A DNA stretch of 39,701 bases from an uncultured Candidatus Saccharibacteria bacterium. Lineage in GTDB: Bacteria; Patescibacteriota; Minisyncoccia; Phycocordibacterales; CAIZLB01. A program made the translations under genes and the position numbers. The notes under the pieces are model-generated. The model was not told the origin of the DNA. It saw only the letters and a list, made by a program, of their open reading frames with translations, and ran no database searches. Numbering within the stretch: position 1 is the first letter of the stretch; each line of letters begins with the position of its first letter. This document shows positions 14,800 to 23,760 of this stretch, piece by piece. The stretch is from the NCBI GenBank assembly GCA_964532765.1, contig CAZHNC010000001.1, positions 1-39,701 of the forward strand, written 5' to 3'.

Positions 14800-16337
14800 T
14801 AATTATTGATATCTTCATTATTATAAAGTTGTGGTAACCGTGCAACTTGTTGTTCTATAATCAGTTTGGCTTTCTCTGCTGCTTCCTCAACTGGTATGTT
14901 ATGAAGTTCTGCAATAGCTTCCTCACTTGACATCAAACCACTCTCAACCAATTTGACATATTTATCAATTTTCTCCATTTCAGTTAGGGTAAGCATTGAA
15001 GATTTAGGGAAACTTATTTCTAGTTGTTCACCTTTCTCTTGTCTATATATAAACTCAAGTATTCTCTCAATTCCTGTCGCAACTGCTGTTTTAACCTTAC
15101 TAGACTTGATTAATACTCTAAACATATCGATTGTCTTTGCTGAAACTGCTTGAAATCCCTTTTCAGTTGTTCCTGTAGATGTTTCATTTATTCCTAGTTC
15201 AATAAAGGCTTGTTTCTGATTGCTTGATATAGTTTTGTCAACTTCTTCTCTCTTTAAATCAGTCTTAATTTGCTCAAACAAAGGCTTTTGTCCACTTCCG
15301 TTATCTCTGTAAACCAAAACCCCGTCTTGCCATTCAATTTTTGGTGTTCCTAAGTCATCATTTGACTTGGTTACAAAACCTTCATCCATAATTATCTTTG
15401 GCCTAAGTAATTCATCCATGGATTGACCATATATAGTACTGAAAACAATTATATCTCTTGCTGCAATCTTGCTTCCTTCTGTGTAAGAAGATTTACCGTA
15501 TACTTTACGGTAACCTTTTGCAGTATAAACTTCACTTACTGCCCAACCTTCGTATTCTTCTTCTATTTCTCCTTCTGAAGCAACTAAAAGATTATAGAAA
15601 TTTTCATCAAATCCAAATTGTTTTAATAATTCTAGTTCTGGAATAGTTGTTTCTAGTTCTTCATCTTCTCCTATCTCTTCTACAAACTTCATAGTAGTTT
15701 TACCATTCTCGTATATAGTTAGGAAGTAGACTTCTTTTTTATCGTTGCCTTTTTTATACTCAAACTCTTGGTGTTCTACATATGCAAGAATCTTTCTAGT
15801 GTTGTATTTAGAATATATAGGGAAATAGTTTAAAGGTGTTATCATATCGATACTATACTTTTCTTCATCGTCTTTTACTGCTTTTAATAATACGGACCCT
15901 ATTCCATGAGCATAGTTAAAGCAATCGTCAAACAATTCACTGAAACATACATCTTTATCTTTCTCATCCATCCATGTATCGTCATTCGTCGTATAACTTC
16001 CCTCTAAGTCATTCAAAGCTAATTCCTTAAGTATATCAGTAGAAATCATGTGAACGTTGTACGAGGTTACAATATCCCTTACAAAGTCGTTTAGTTTAGT
16101 TGTTCGTGTGATTAATCCATCTTTACCTACTCCATAAGCTGTTGGTATGGTCCAGTTTCTCATATCTTCACTACTAAAATTTCCATTTGCATATTTAAGT
16201 TTAACTCTTTTCATTATAACATCTTTGAAATGTTCTCCACTTCTACCATCTAGAAGCATCCTATTCTCTTCATAATTCTGATAGTCTGCATCATGCTCGG
16301 CTAGTTCCCAAGCTTGCTTTATTAAGTTGTTTTCCAT
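14799..16337 (-). CDS. Portal protein
   Basis: 512 aa downstream of terL, separated from it by one small ORF. Trimmed to the ATG at 16337, which forms a TAATG overlap with the upstream ORF behind RBS AGAGGTG. Confidence 0.75.
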   Translation of the reverse strand: MENNLIKQAWELAEHDADYQNYEENRMLLDGRSGEHFKDVIMKRVKLKYANGNFSSEDMRNWTIPTAYGVGKDGLITRTTKLNDFVRDIVTSYNVHMISTDILKELALNDLEGSYTTNDDTWMDEKDKDVCFSELFDDCFNYAHGIGSVLLKAVKDDEEKYSIDMITPLNYFPIYSKYNTRKILAYVEHQEFEYKKGNDKKEVYFLTIYENGKTTMKFVEEIGEDEELETTIPELELLKQFGFDENFYNLLVASEGEIEEEYEGWAVSEVYTAKGYRKVYGKSSYTEGSKIAARDIIVFSTIYGQSMDELLRPKIIMDEGFVTKSNDDLGTPKIEWQDGVLVYRDNGSGQKPLFEQIKTDLKREEVDKTISSNQKQAFIELGINETSTGTTEKGFQAVSAKTIDMFRVLIKSSKVKTAVATGIERILEFIYRQEKGEQLEISFPKSSMLTLTEMEKIDKYVKLVESGLMSSEEAIAELHNIPVEEAAEKAKLIIEQQVARLPQLYNNEDINN

Positions 16338-16585
16338 TAATTCACCTCTGCTATAAGCTTTTGAATTTCTTGTATTAATTCTATGCTTACTTTTAAAGTG
16401 CAAATTCCATCTTTTTGACCTTCTTCAAGTATTTTTTCAATGAGTTTATTAACAAAATCTTTTAAAATTTTGTTTTCTTTTTCAATCTTTGTACTTTCTA
16501 ATAAAATACTTCTTAATCCTTCGTATCCTACATCAGATTTTTTCATTAAATTAATTATTTTTTCATTTTCATTTTCGTTATGCAT
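16337..16585 (-). CDS. Hypothetical protein (82 aa) between terL and portal
   Basis: ORF track. Confidence 0.5.
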   Translation of the reverse strand: MHNENENEKIINLMKKSDVGYEGLRSILLESTKIEKENKILKDFVNKLIEKILEEGQKDGICTLKVSIELIQEIQKLIAEVN

Positions 16586-16596
16586 TTTTACCCCCT

Positions 16597-18333
16597 TTAA
16601 TATCCTGTCATTCTTACACTAGTAAAGTTTCCTAGCCTTCTTCTAGCTTCTTCATGTACTGCATAAGCAATTGCAACTGCTATCACTCTATCTTTTCCGT
16701 TAGTTTCAACTTTTCCGTTTTCCGTTTGAATGGTCCTCATTTGCTTTAATGTCCTAACACTGTTAATTTTAATACTCTCTTCTCTATGTGCTTGGTCTAA
16801 TTTATCTAACATAATATATTTACTTTTACCATTTGTGGACCACCCTAATTTTTCAACTGTGGTATTTCTTATCTTATCAACTGTCTTTTCAATATAAAGG
16901 TTTCTTCTATATCCTAGCTCATTATCTAAAGTATTTAATGTACTGTGTCCATGATTGTTCCGTTCTACTGCTATAAAAGCATTATTGTATTTCTTAGCCC
17001 ATTCGTGAAGTATTCTTGCGTGATTTTCAGGCTTTTCTATATACTCCCCATTGGCTACCTCTTCCATTGTTTCTAGGTCCAGTATAAAGAAAGTAGAACT
17101 ATCTCTATCCTCTAAACCTTCCGCAACGTCTGACCCTATACAATACTTTCTATTCTTAACAGGCTCATGGTATACTTCTACATCTCCACCTTTTAACATT
17201 TTAAAGTTATTCAAGTCTTTCATTTCGTTTATTTGATAATCTAGTAATTCAATATCAAAGTAAGGTGTACCACTGTGTAAAAATGCTTGCTCTGGGAAAC
17301 AAGGATATTCCTGGTATACTTTAGCCTTTAACTCTTGCCTTTTGCTAAAATACCAGTGAAGCTGTTCAAGTGTTAGTTTATCTTTCATGGTTCCTAGGAA
17401 CTTCATAAACTCACTATCTACACCTTTAAATCTTTCCCCTAGTTCAACTGCTCTTAAGAAATCATATTCGGTATAGTCTAACCCTCTAAACTCTCTTTGA
17501 TACTCGCTTGTTTTAAACCACTCATAAAAAAATGCTTTATAGTTTGAGTTTCCTTCTTGTGCTAAATCCCAAGCTTCTTTAAACAAGTTATAGCCATTTG
17601 CTGTAGTTTCTACTATCTCAATACTGTGTTTAGCTAGGGCTTGTCCTATTGCTGCTTTGTTAACTTCCATATTTTCCCAAAAGGCCTGTTCAGAAGAGTG
17701 TAACATTCTAAGTTTTTTTCCCCTACCGGCTCCCTTACTTCCTGCAGTAGCTATTCTCCAAGCTGAATCATTGCTTTCTAATACCAACTCTTTAGCGTTT
17801 GACCTTTTAGGATTTTCCTTCACTTCGTCAATCAAGTTATCGTACATATTTTTAGCAATGTCACTAAATATGCTTGAAGTAGAATCCGTATCATGTGCCA
17901 TTGTAAACCCTCTGAACCCATGTTCTACCATTGAAAAGCTCAATTGGATAGCTGTTATTAGTGTACTAAATCCTTGTTGTCTACCTTTTAAAACTATATA
18001 CTTGATTGAATCCATTTCTCTTTTTCTCTGCTTTTCATAGTCTACACAAAAATGTTTTTCCATGAAATCAGTTTGTACTTCATTGTAGAAAAACGGCACC
18101 GTTACAAAGTCTTTGTTAGTTAGCCTAAAGAATAACTCAATCAGTAAAAAAGGTTGTTTCCTAATTTCTTCTGTCATTTCTTTTCCTATGTATTTACCTT
18201 TATAAGGACCTTCATTATTCCATAACATAGCCACATACCTATTAAACTCTTTGTCCTCTTCTATATCCTTATACTGTTCCCAAATTTTCTTTCTTTTTTC
18301 AATAAGTTCTTTAACTATCTGCATACTTATCAC
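16597..18333 (-). CDS. terL: Terminase large subunit
   Basis: 578 aa following terS. ATPase-type segment VLKGRQQGFSTLI is present. Size and order are typical. Confidence 0.88.
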   Translation of the reverse strand: MISMQIVKELIEKRKKIWEQYKDIEEDKEFNRYVAMLWNNEGPYKGKYIGKEMTEEIRKQPFLLIELFFRLTNKDFVTVPFFYNEVQTDFMEKHFCVDYEKQRKREMDSIKYIVLKGRQQGFSTLITAIQLSFSMVEHGFRGFTMAHDTDSTSSIFSDIAKNMYDNLIDEVKENPKRSNAKELVLESNDSAWRIATAGSKGAGRGKKLRMLHSSEQAFWENMEVNKAAIGQALAKHSIEIVETTANGYNLFKEAWDLAQEGNSNYKAFFYEWFKTSEYQREFRGLDYTEYDFLRAVELGERFKGVDSEFMKFLGTMKDKLTLEQLHWYFSKRQELKAKVYQEYPCFPEQAFLHSGTPYFDIELLDYQINEMKDLNNFKMLKGGDVEVYHEPVKNRKYCIGSDVAEGLEDRDSSTFFILDLETMEEVANGEYIEKPENHARILHEWAKKYNNAFIAVERNNHGHSTLNTLDNELGYRRNLYIEKTVDKIRNTTVEKLGWSTNGKSKYIMLDKLDQAHREESIKINSVRTLKQMRTIQTENGKVETNGKDRVIAVAIAYAVHEEARRRLGNFTSVRMTGY

Positions 18334-18703
18334 TCATTTCGCTGAATGTAGTTTTCTTGTCATTCTGCTTTTCTACAAATCCACCTTGTGCCTTATAAAG
18401 CAACTCAGATGCCTTTATACGGTCTCCACTTTTTACCTCACTATTATTCAACATATTAGTCCAAAACTCTCTAATCTCCTCTAGGGTGGCTATACGTTTA
18501 TTTGTGTGTATGTTTGAGAATTTACTTATGTATTCTTTTACGTTAGCGTTGGTTAGTAATTTACTAGCATTTACCTTTGCTGTTTCATCTGTCTTGCAAG
18601 TTTTATAAGCTGTTTTATATGCTAACGCACCATTACCATGTTTTGCGTACTCTTCACAAAATATCTTTTGTTTTGGGTTAAGTTCTTTTTCTTCCTTACC
18701 CAT
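18311..18703 (-). CDS. terS: Terminase small subunit
   Basis: LNPKQKIFCEEYAKHGNGALAYKTAYK...AKVNASKLLTNANVKEYI follows the Terminase_2 pattern (kq..F..eY...gN...A...AGY). Confidence 0.8.
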   Translation of the reverse strand: MGKEEKELNPKQKIFCEEYAKHGNGALAYKTAYKTCKTDETAKVNASKLLTNANVKEYISKFSNIHTNKRIATLEEIREFWTNMLNNSEVKSGDRIKASELLYKAQGGFVEKQNDKKTTFSEMSDKYADS

Positions 18704-18743
18704 ATTTACCACATTCTTTCATATATTTGACCTCCATCAATTT

Positions 18744-18788
18744 ATTACTAACTAGTACTATTCTACTCTAAAAATAATTTTTTATCAA
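18744..18788 (-). promoter_or_regulatory. Promoter of the terS-terL-portal unit with the palindromic motif
   Basis: Coding strand TTGATA-17-TAGAAT, immediately followed by AGTACTAGTTAGTAAT (18744..18759). Confidence 0.55.
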
Positions 18789-18794
18789 GAATAT

Positions 18795-18820
18795 AAAAAA
18801 GACTAAAATTAATTAGTCTT
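18795..18820 (-). terminator. Intrinsic terminator at the early/late boundary
   Basis: AAGACTAA (18799..18806) pairs with TTAGTCTT (18813..18820). A run of six T follows the hairpin on the coding strand. Confidence 0.55.
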
Positions 18821-19023
18821 TAATAAATTGTATACTTTTCTTTTATTCCTTCTTTTTTATATTTTTCATATTGAACTTTATTTATTTCTTCGTATTTTTC
18901 TTTTCCACAATTTTTACATATTTTCCATAAAAAATAAACATTACTTCCAAAACTCATAATTCCTTCTATATAATTTTCATATTTATGATTTAAAAAACAC
19001 CTCTTCTTGTTAAATGCTTTCAT
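18820..19023 (-). CDS. Hypothetical Cys-containing protein (67 aa)
   Basis: ORF track. Contains a CKNCG motif. Confidence 0.45.
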   Translation of the reverse strand: MKAFNKKRCFLNHKYENYIEGIMSFGSNVYFLWKICKNCGKEKYEEINKVQYEKYKKEGIKEKYTIY

Positions 19024-19035
19024 TTGTTAGCTCCT

Positions 19036-19155
19036 TTATATTTCATCTTTAACAACTTTTTTTATCCACCATTTTATAATTTTCAATAAAAATTGAAATG
19101 AAAATCTACCTATTGCAAACCCAAACGCCATTAATAAAATTAATTTAATATCCAT
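19036..19155 (-). CDS. Small membrane protein (39 aa)
   Basis: Hand-translated MDIKLILLMAFGFAIGRFSFQFLLKIIKWWIKKVVKDEI. Confidence 0.3.
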   Translation of the reverse strand: MDIKLILLMAFGFAIGRFSFQFLLKIIKWWIKKVVKDEI

Positions 19156-19157
19156 TC

Positions 19158-19673
19158 CTACTCGACTCCATTCAATTTTTTATCTACATTTTCCAAAGCT
19201 TCTAATATCTTTTTATCTGCTTCTATAACTTTATCATAGTTACCTTCTATTATATTTTTGAAAGTTTCTAAGTTTTGCTCGTATTCTTTACCTATCTCAT
19301 ATTTTTTTATAGTCCTCTCTATCTTTCTCTCCACCCATTTTCTAACTTCTTCCTTGCTAAAGTAAAACTTGTCTATTCCATAACAATGAAATATTCTTGA
19401 AGTGCTGTAATTAATTCTCATTTCGTCATATGCTTCCTCAAACTCTAAGTTTTTTAACTGCATTCTCATTAAAACATTGTCCGCAAATTCCTCATTACAA
19501 TCAGTTATTAACTCCTCTCTAAGTACATCTTGACATATTCCTTGCTCTTCTCTTAAGTCGTATAAAGCAAGTTTATTAAGTGCTATTTCTAACTCCAATC
19601 TTTCCTCTTTTGCTTTCAATCTCTGTTTTTCTTCTCCAAAGTGATAAAATATTAATTGTGCTTGTTTTTTCAT
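19158..19673 (-). CDS. Possible MazG-like all-alpha NTP pyrophosphohydrolase
   Basis: HFGEEKQRLKAKEERLELEIAL and NEEFADNVLMRMQL resemble the EExxEL / EExADV helices of MazG-like proteins. Tentative. Confidence 0.4.
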   Translation of the reverse strand: MKKQAQLIFYHFGEEKQRLKAKEERLELEIALNKLALYDLREEQGICQDVLREELITDCNEEFADNVLMRMQLKNLEFEEAYDEMRINYSTSRIFHCYGIDKFYFSKEEVRKWVERKIERTIKKYEIGKEYEQNLETFKNIIEGNYDKVIEADKKILEALENVDKKLNGVE

Positions 19674-19948
19674 TTATTAAGTTCCTCCTTTTGCTGTTCC
19701 CAAGATATTAACTCCACATTAAATCCACACTTTTGTAGTAATTTTGTGTACTCTTTAGTTGTATCTCCACCATAGAATGTGTGCGTAGATAAGTAATGTT
19801 CTTCTTCCCAAGTATTGCCGATAGGGTTATTTGGAACTATCCAAAATGTGTTGTAATCCGAATCATCGTCGTCAACGTCTACCTGAATGTGATGTGTTGC
19901 ACTAGGTGGAACTTTTGATAGTTCTTCCCAATTATGTATTTTTTTCAT
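19670..19948 (-). CDS. Hypothetical protein (92 aa)
   Basis: ORF track. 4-nt overlap with the downstream gene. Confidence 0.5.
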   Translation of the reverse strand: MKKIHNWEELSKVPPSATHHIQVDVDDDDSDYNTFWIVPNNPIGNTWEEEHYLSTHTFYGGDTTKEYTKLLQKCGFNVELISWEQQKEELNK

Positions 19949-19951
19949 TTC

Positions 19952-20113
19952 TTAACCTCCAATAATTTTAATTTCAGAAATTTCTTCTATAGGTACAATA
20001 ACTTCTTTAATCTTTAAATAAGGTATTTCTATTTCAAAATAATTCTCTCTAAATTCTTTTACAAAATAAAAATTTTCATCTTTATATCGTTTTATATAAA
20101 CTTGTTTTTTCAT
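19952..20113 (-). CDS. Hypothetical protein (53 aa)
   Basis: Hand-translated MKKQVYIKRYKDENFYFVKEF... Confidence 0.35.
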   Translation of the reverse strand: MKKQVYIKRYKDENFYFVKEFRENYFEIEIPYLKIKEVIVPIEEISEIKIIGG

Positions 20114-20587
20114 TTAATCATCTCCTATTCTCTCCACAACTATATTTTTAAAAGTATCTATGTTACTTAAACAATTTTCAGTTTCTTTTTCTAAAAATTC
20201 TATAATTTGTTTTCTAATATCTTCTTTATTATTTCCAAAAAAGTTTATTTTAATCTCACTGTTACACCTAGTACTACTCAAAGTATACCTATGTTTTATT
20301 ATTAAATATCCTTTGTTTCCACAAAATTGTCTATAATCAGTTGAAAAAACCATATTTTTATTTCCTATAAAAAATTCTTTTTCTAAACTTCCATTAGGTA
20401 TGAAAAAAATATCTATATCTGTTATAAAAGTTATGCCAAATTCTTCAATAAGCATACCGTGTATTTCCCCTTGCATAATTTTTCCATCTGTACATTTAAA
20501 ATAAAAAATGTCATTTTCTTTCAAATCTTTTATTTTTTTGTTTTCACTATTAAATTCATATTCAAGTAAAAAACGTAATTCACACAT
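20114..20587 (-). CDS. Hypothetical protein (157 aa)
   Basis: ORF track. TAATG overlap with the upstream small ORF. Confidence 0.5.
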   Translation of the reverse strand: MCELRFLLEYEFNSENKKIKDLKENDIFYFKCTDGKIMQGEIHGMLIEEFGITFITDIDIFFIPNGSLEKEFFIGNKNMVFSTDYRQFCGNKGYLIIKHRYTLSSTRCNSEIKINFFGNNKEDIRKQIIEFLEKETENCLSNIDTFKNIVVERIGDD

Positions 20588-20739
20588 TACTCCTCACTCC
20601 TCTTCTCAACTAAAATTTTTCTTTTGTCTGCATAAAACTTATTTCTAACATCTAAAAAAATTTGATTTAATGTTTCTTTATCTTCTTTTTTACACCTAAC
20701 AGGGTTAGTCTGTGAATCAAAATTCTTTTTTTTAGCCAT
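20587..20739 (-). CDS. Hypothetical basic protein (50 aa)
   Basis: Hand-translated MAKKKNFDSQTNPVRCKKEDKETLNQIF... RBS GAGGAGG. TAATG junctions at both ends. Confidence 0.4.
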   Translation of the reverse strand: MAKKKNFDSQTNPVRCKKEDKETLNQIFLDVRNKFYADKRKILVEKRSEE

Positions 20740-20923
20740 TAATCCTCCTCAACTTCTATTTCTTTTTTACAAAGCATACAAACACCTTTTAAATTAACTT
20801 CTATGTTTTTTTACCGTCAAATCTTTCATAATCAACTTGCGTAACTTCTAATCCACAAGAACTTCTATATTTCATTCTTGTAGGCTCATTATAAACTCTT
20901 CCAATTTTTGTATATTTGCACAT
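20739..20923 (-). CDS. Small Cys-containing protein interrupted at an A7 tract
   Basis: The 40-aa ORF MCKYTKIG...FDGKKT stops at 20801. The -1 frame from the A7 run (plus-strand T7 at 20806..20812) continues ...NIEVNLKGVCMLCKKEIEVEED to a TAATG junction at 20739. Confidence 0.35.
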
Positions 20924-20955
20924 TTTTACCAACTCCTTATTTTATTTGTTAATTA

Positions 20956-20984
20956 AGTATAACATATGATATGCGCATTGTCAA
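20956..20984 (-). promoter_or_regulatory. Near-consensus promoter
   Basis: Coding strand TTGACA-17-TATACT upstream of the ORF starting at 20923. Confidence 0.6.
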
Positions 20985-21005
20985 ATTATTTCAATAAAAA
21001 AAGAG

Positions 21006-21218
21006 CTAAACTTCTAGCCCTTTACAATTTGTGCATATTTTACTTGATTTAACATCTTCCAACTCGTCTTTTAACTCAAAATTTTCTTTCCTAAGTTGTT
21101 TATTTTCCTTGTGCAGTATCGTGTATATCCCTATGATACCCTTAGCTATTCCAATTAAAGCTACTGTTTTTAATAAGTTTGGTAAGTTCTCCAGGAACTT
21201 TACAATTGATTCTTCCAT
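21006..21218 (-). CDS. Single-pass membrane protein (70 aa)
   Basis: ORF track. Hydrophobic LLKTVALIGIAKGIIGIYTIL followed by a coiled-coil-like charged tail. Confidence 0.5.
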   Translation of the reverse strand: MEESIVKFLENLPNLLKTVALIGIAKGIIGIYTILHKENKQLRKENFELKDELEDVKSSKICTNCKGLEV

Positions 21219-21310
21219 TATTTACCTAACATCTGCATAGTTATCAAAAGTCCGCTGCATAAACCTATGGTAACTATATTTTTAATGATTCCACTTGCTT
21301 TATTTTTCAT
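21218..21310 (-). CDS. Small hydrophobic protein (30 aa)
   Basis: Hand-translated MKNKASGIIKNIVTIGLCSGLLITMQMLGK. GGGGG RBS. TAATG junction with the next gene. Confidence 0.3.
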   Translation of the reverse strand: MKNKASGIIKNIVTIGLCSGLLITMQMLGK

Positions 21311-21397
21311 TATTGTTCGCCCCCTTTTAATTTAAAATAAACTATTAACCAAAATATGACAGTTGGGTAAAGTGCTAAATGAATTTTTAATCCTTTT

Positions 21398-21619
21398 TTA
21401 TCTGGGTAAAATGTTTTCTACACCCACAAATGAATCAGCTAGTTTTTTAGATGCTGCATAATCGTTGTAATCTCTTAGCTTATCAATAGCTAATTCTAAC
21501 AACTCAAAATCAAACTCACTAATCTCAATATCAGCAGCCATTTTCATTTCAATTACATCTACCTTCTCTTTTATCAACCCTTTAACATCATTAAAATATG
21601 CTTTTTTCTTATCTACCAT
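21398..21619 (-). CDS. Hypothetical protein (73 aa)
   Basis: ORF track. RBS AGGAGG. Confidence 0.5.
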   Translation of the reverse strand: MVDKKKAYFNDVKGLIKEKVDVIEMKMAADIEISEFDFELLELAIDKLRDYNDYAASKKLADSFVGVENILPR

Positions 21620-21678
21620 ATAACAACCTCCTGTTTTTATTATAATACATTGTAACCTAAAAAATTATTTTTTACAAA

Positions 21679-21703
21679 TAAAAAAAGCTAGAATTAACTA
21701 GCT
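21679..21703 (-). terminator. Intrinsic terminator after the methyltransferase-like gene
   Basis: AGCTAG-TTAATT-CTAGCT hairpin followed by T7 on the coding strand. The stop codon lies in the stem. Confidence 0.6.
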
Positions 21704-22321
21704 TAATGTACTTATAAAAAATGCTTTTGAAAATCCTTTAGGAGTTTCTTGTCTAGCTTCTTTACACTCTTCTGAAGCCCATTTAATTTTTGTTCCATCT
21801 TTTCTAATTGGCTCGTGTATTTTTTTATTGTTTATACACTTCAAATTTCCTTTTAAACTTTGCAATTTTTTATAGTTAAAATTTCCATATAAAGAAGTTT
21901 TTTTGCTATATTGTTCATCTTTGTTTGAAAAATGTGCATATTCGTATGGATGAAAATACATTTTAGGTTTTCCTATCCATGTATTTAAAGTATGTATCCT
22001 GGATACAGGATTTTCTATTACCCAAAATTCTGGTTGAAAATAATCAATTATTTCTTTTGTTTTTTTTACTAATTCTTGGCTTTTTTCTGTAGTGCCGTTT
22101 ATATCTTTTTCTTTAAACCATCTAGCACCACTTACTGCATAATCTGTACAAGGTATAGCAGCAAGTATTCCTTTTACATTTTCTTTTTTTATTTTTTTAT
22201 AATCCCAGGATAATATATCTATACCGTTTTTAATATCTATTTTTATAACTTCGTAATCGTTTTCAAAAGGTTGGCTCCAATTCCCAGTATAATCAAATAA
22301 ACTTAAAATAATTTTTTTCAT
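21698..22321 (-). CDS. Short C5-cytosine DNA methyltransferase-like protein (207 aa)
   Basis: LSLFDYTGNW resembles motif I, AIPCTDYAVSG is the motif IV Pro-Cys, and FWVIENPVS resembles motif VI ENV. No obvious target-recognition domain or motifs IX/X. Confidence 0.55.
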   Translation of the reverse strand: MKKIILSLFDYTGNWSQPFENDYEVIKIDIKNGIDILSWDYKKIKKENVKGILAAIPCTDYAVSGARWFKEKDINGTTEKSQELVKKTKEIIDYFQPEFWVIENPVSRIHTLNTWIGKPKMYFHPYEYAHFSNKDEQYSKKTSLYGNFNYKKLQSLKGNLKCINNKKIHEPIRKDGTKIKWASEECKEARQETPKGFSKAFFISTLS

Positions 22322-22494
22322 ACAAAACTCCCTGTGATCTCATCTTTTTTACTTTTATCTTCCAGCAACTTAAACTGTTTTTTCTCTATTATCTCAATAT
22401 CATGCTTTATTAACCTCTTCATTCTCTCACGTTTACACTCTTTTAAGTTTGATTTAAGGTTAATTTTGCATTGTTCTAGTTTTGTGTAGTTCAT
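22318..22494 (-). CDS. Hypothetical protein (58 aa)
   Basis: ORF track, trimmed to the ATG at 22494 behind GGAGGA. Confidence 0.4.
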   Translation of the reverse strand: MNYTKLEQCKINLKSNLKECKRERMKRLIKHDIEIIEKKQFKLLEDKSKKDEITGSFV

Positions 22495-22616
22495 TATTCC
22501 TCCAAATACATATCTATTAAATTTTCTTGCAATTCCCAAACTTTTTCTAAATCAAAACCTCTAACAGCTATTGTATAATGTGCTATCAATTCCTTAAACT
22601 TCTCAACATCTTTCAT
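22494..22616 (-). CDS. Hypothetical protein (40 aa)
   Basis: Hand-translated MKDVEKFKELIAHYTIAVRGFDLEKVWELQENLIDMYLEE. Confidence 0.3.
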   Translation of the reverse strand: MKDVEKFKELIAHYTIAVRGFDLEKVWELQENLIDMYLEE

Positions 22617-22620
22617 TTAA

Positions 22621-23457
22621 TCAACTCCTTTTACTTTTTTTAACTGGCAAATACCAATTAAGAACTTCTTCTCCAGTTTTCCATTCTGTTTTCATTCCTC
22701 TTTCTTCTCTAACTTTCAACATTCTTTCAAAACATTTAATATAAGCATTTTTGAATTTAGGAAATCTTTCTAATACTTCCCTACCATTAGAACTCAAAGG
22801 GCAACCTATACAACCTATTCTTTTAAATCCTTCATCATAAAGTTTAGGGTATGGCAAATTAAAATGTTTTATAAACTCCCAAACTTCTGAATCACTCCAA
22901 GAAATTATTGGATTAATAACCCATTTTCTTTTATCAGCACACATCTCTACTGTTTTTCTTCTAGTATCATTGTCACTATTTAACATTATTTCTTTTAGTT
23001 CTAATGTTTTTTTACTAGTGCTTTTGTCAAACAATTCAACTTCTTTTCTATTGTTTTTTCTTTTTGCACTTTCAGCCCATCTTACACCTGTTACAATTAC
23101 TCTACCTTCTCCTCCGCTTTCTTTTAACTTATCACAACAATATCTTATCATTCTAGTTGGTGGCATAGCTTTATGTGTTATCCATTGAAACATAGATTTT
23201 TCTGGTTTATGTATTTCACAATTTTTATAATTTTCTTTTATAAATTTTAAAATTTCTGGAGGGTCTACAGTAGTAAAACTGTGGTGTAAATCATATTTAA
23301 CACCAGCTATTTTGCACAAATATTCTATTGTTATGCTGTCTTTACCTCCACTAAAAGTTACGTAATATCCTTCTGGTGGTTCAAACTCTTTTAAAAATTC
23401 TATAGCTATATCTATTTTATTTCTTTCTTTGAATAGTTCTTTATCAAATATACTCAT
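22621..23457 (-). CDS. PAPS reductase / PP-loop ATP pyrophosphatase-family protein (278 aa)
   Basis: PP-loop TFSGGKDS. C-terminal CIGCP Cys pair. Trimmed to the ATG at 23457 behind AAGGAG. Confidence 0.8.
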   Translation of the reverse strand: MSIFDKELFKERNKIDIAIEFLKEFEPPEGYYVTFSGGKDSITIEYLCKIAGVKYDLHHSFTTVDPPEILKFIKENYKNCEIHKPEKSMFQWITHKAMPPTRMIRYCCDKLKESGGEGRVIVTGVRWAESAKRKNNRKEVELFDKSTSKKTLELKEIMLNSDNDTRRKTVEMCADKRKWVINPIISWSDSEVWEFIKHFNLPYPKLYDEGFKRIGCIGCPLSSNGREVLERFPKFKNAYIKCFERMLKVREERGMKTEWKTGEEVLNWYLPVKKSKRS

Positions 23458-23622
23458 TCTTTCTCCTTTACATTTCCATATTTTTCTAGTAAACTCTAAT
23501 TGACCTCGAGTTTTATTTGTTGTGAGAGCTTTCCCCATTGGGAGGGCTCTTTTTAACTTAAAATTACTATTAATGCTATTACACATAGTATACTTATTAA
23601 CGTTTTCATTATCAACCACCAA

Positions 23623-23748
23623 TCAATCTATAAAATACCAAAATACACCAAATAATAAATTTATCAAAATAACAATATCTTTTTTCCAATATTTTTTAGT
23701 TATAAGTACTTGAAAAAACAAAACTAATAACAATAAATAAAATTTCAT
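23623..23748 (-). CDS. Small membrane protein (41 aa)
   Basis: Hand-translated MKFYLLLLVLFFQVLITKKYWKKDIVILINLLFGVFWYFID. RBS AGGAGGG. Confidence 0.4.
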   Translation of the reverse strand: MKFYLLLLVLFFQVLITKKYWKKDIVILINLLFGVFWYFID

Positions 23749-23760
23749 TCCTAATCCCTC

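Noticed and set aside
16338-16403. N-terminal 22-codon extension of the portal ORF
   Set aside because: The ATG at 16337 forms the TAATG junction with the upstream ORF and has an AGAGGTG RBS. The extension would overlap the upstream gene by 67 nt.
23458-23622. N-terminal 55-codon extension of the PAPS-reductase ORF (track start at TTG 23622)
   Set aside because: An internal ATG at 23457 has a strong AAGGAG RBS. The family-like sequence starts there, and the extension begins with a non-ATG codon directly abutting the upstream membrane ORF.
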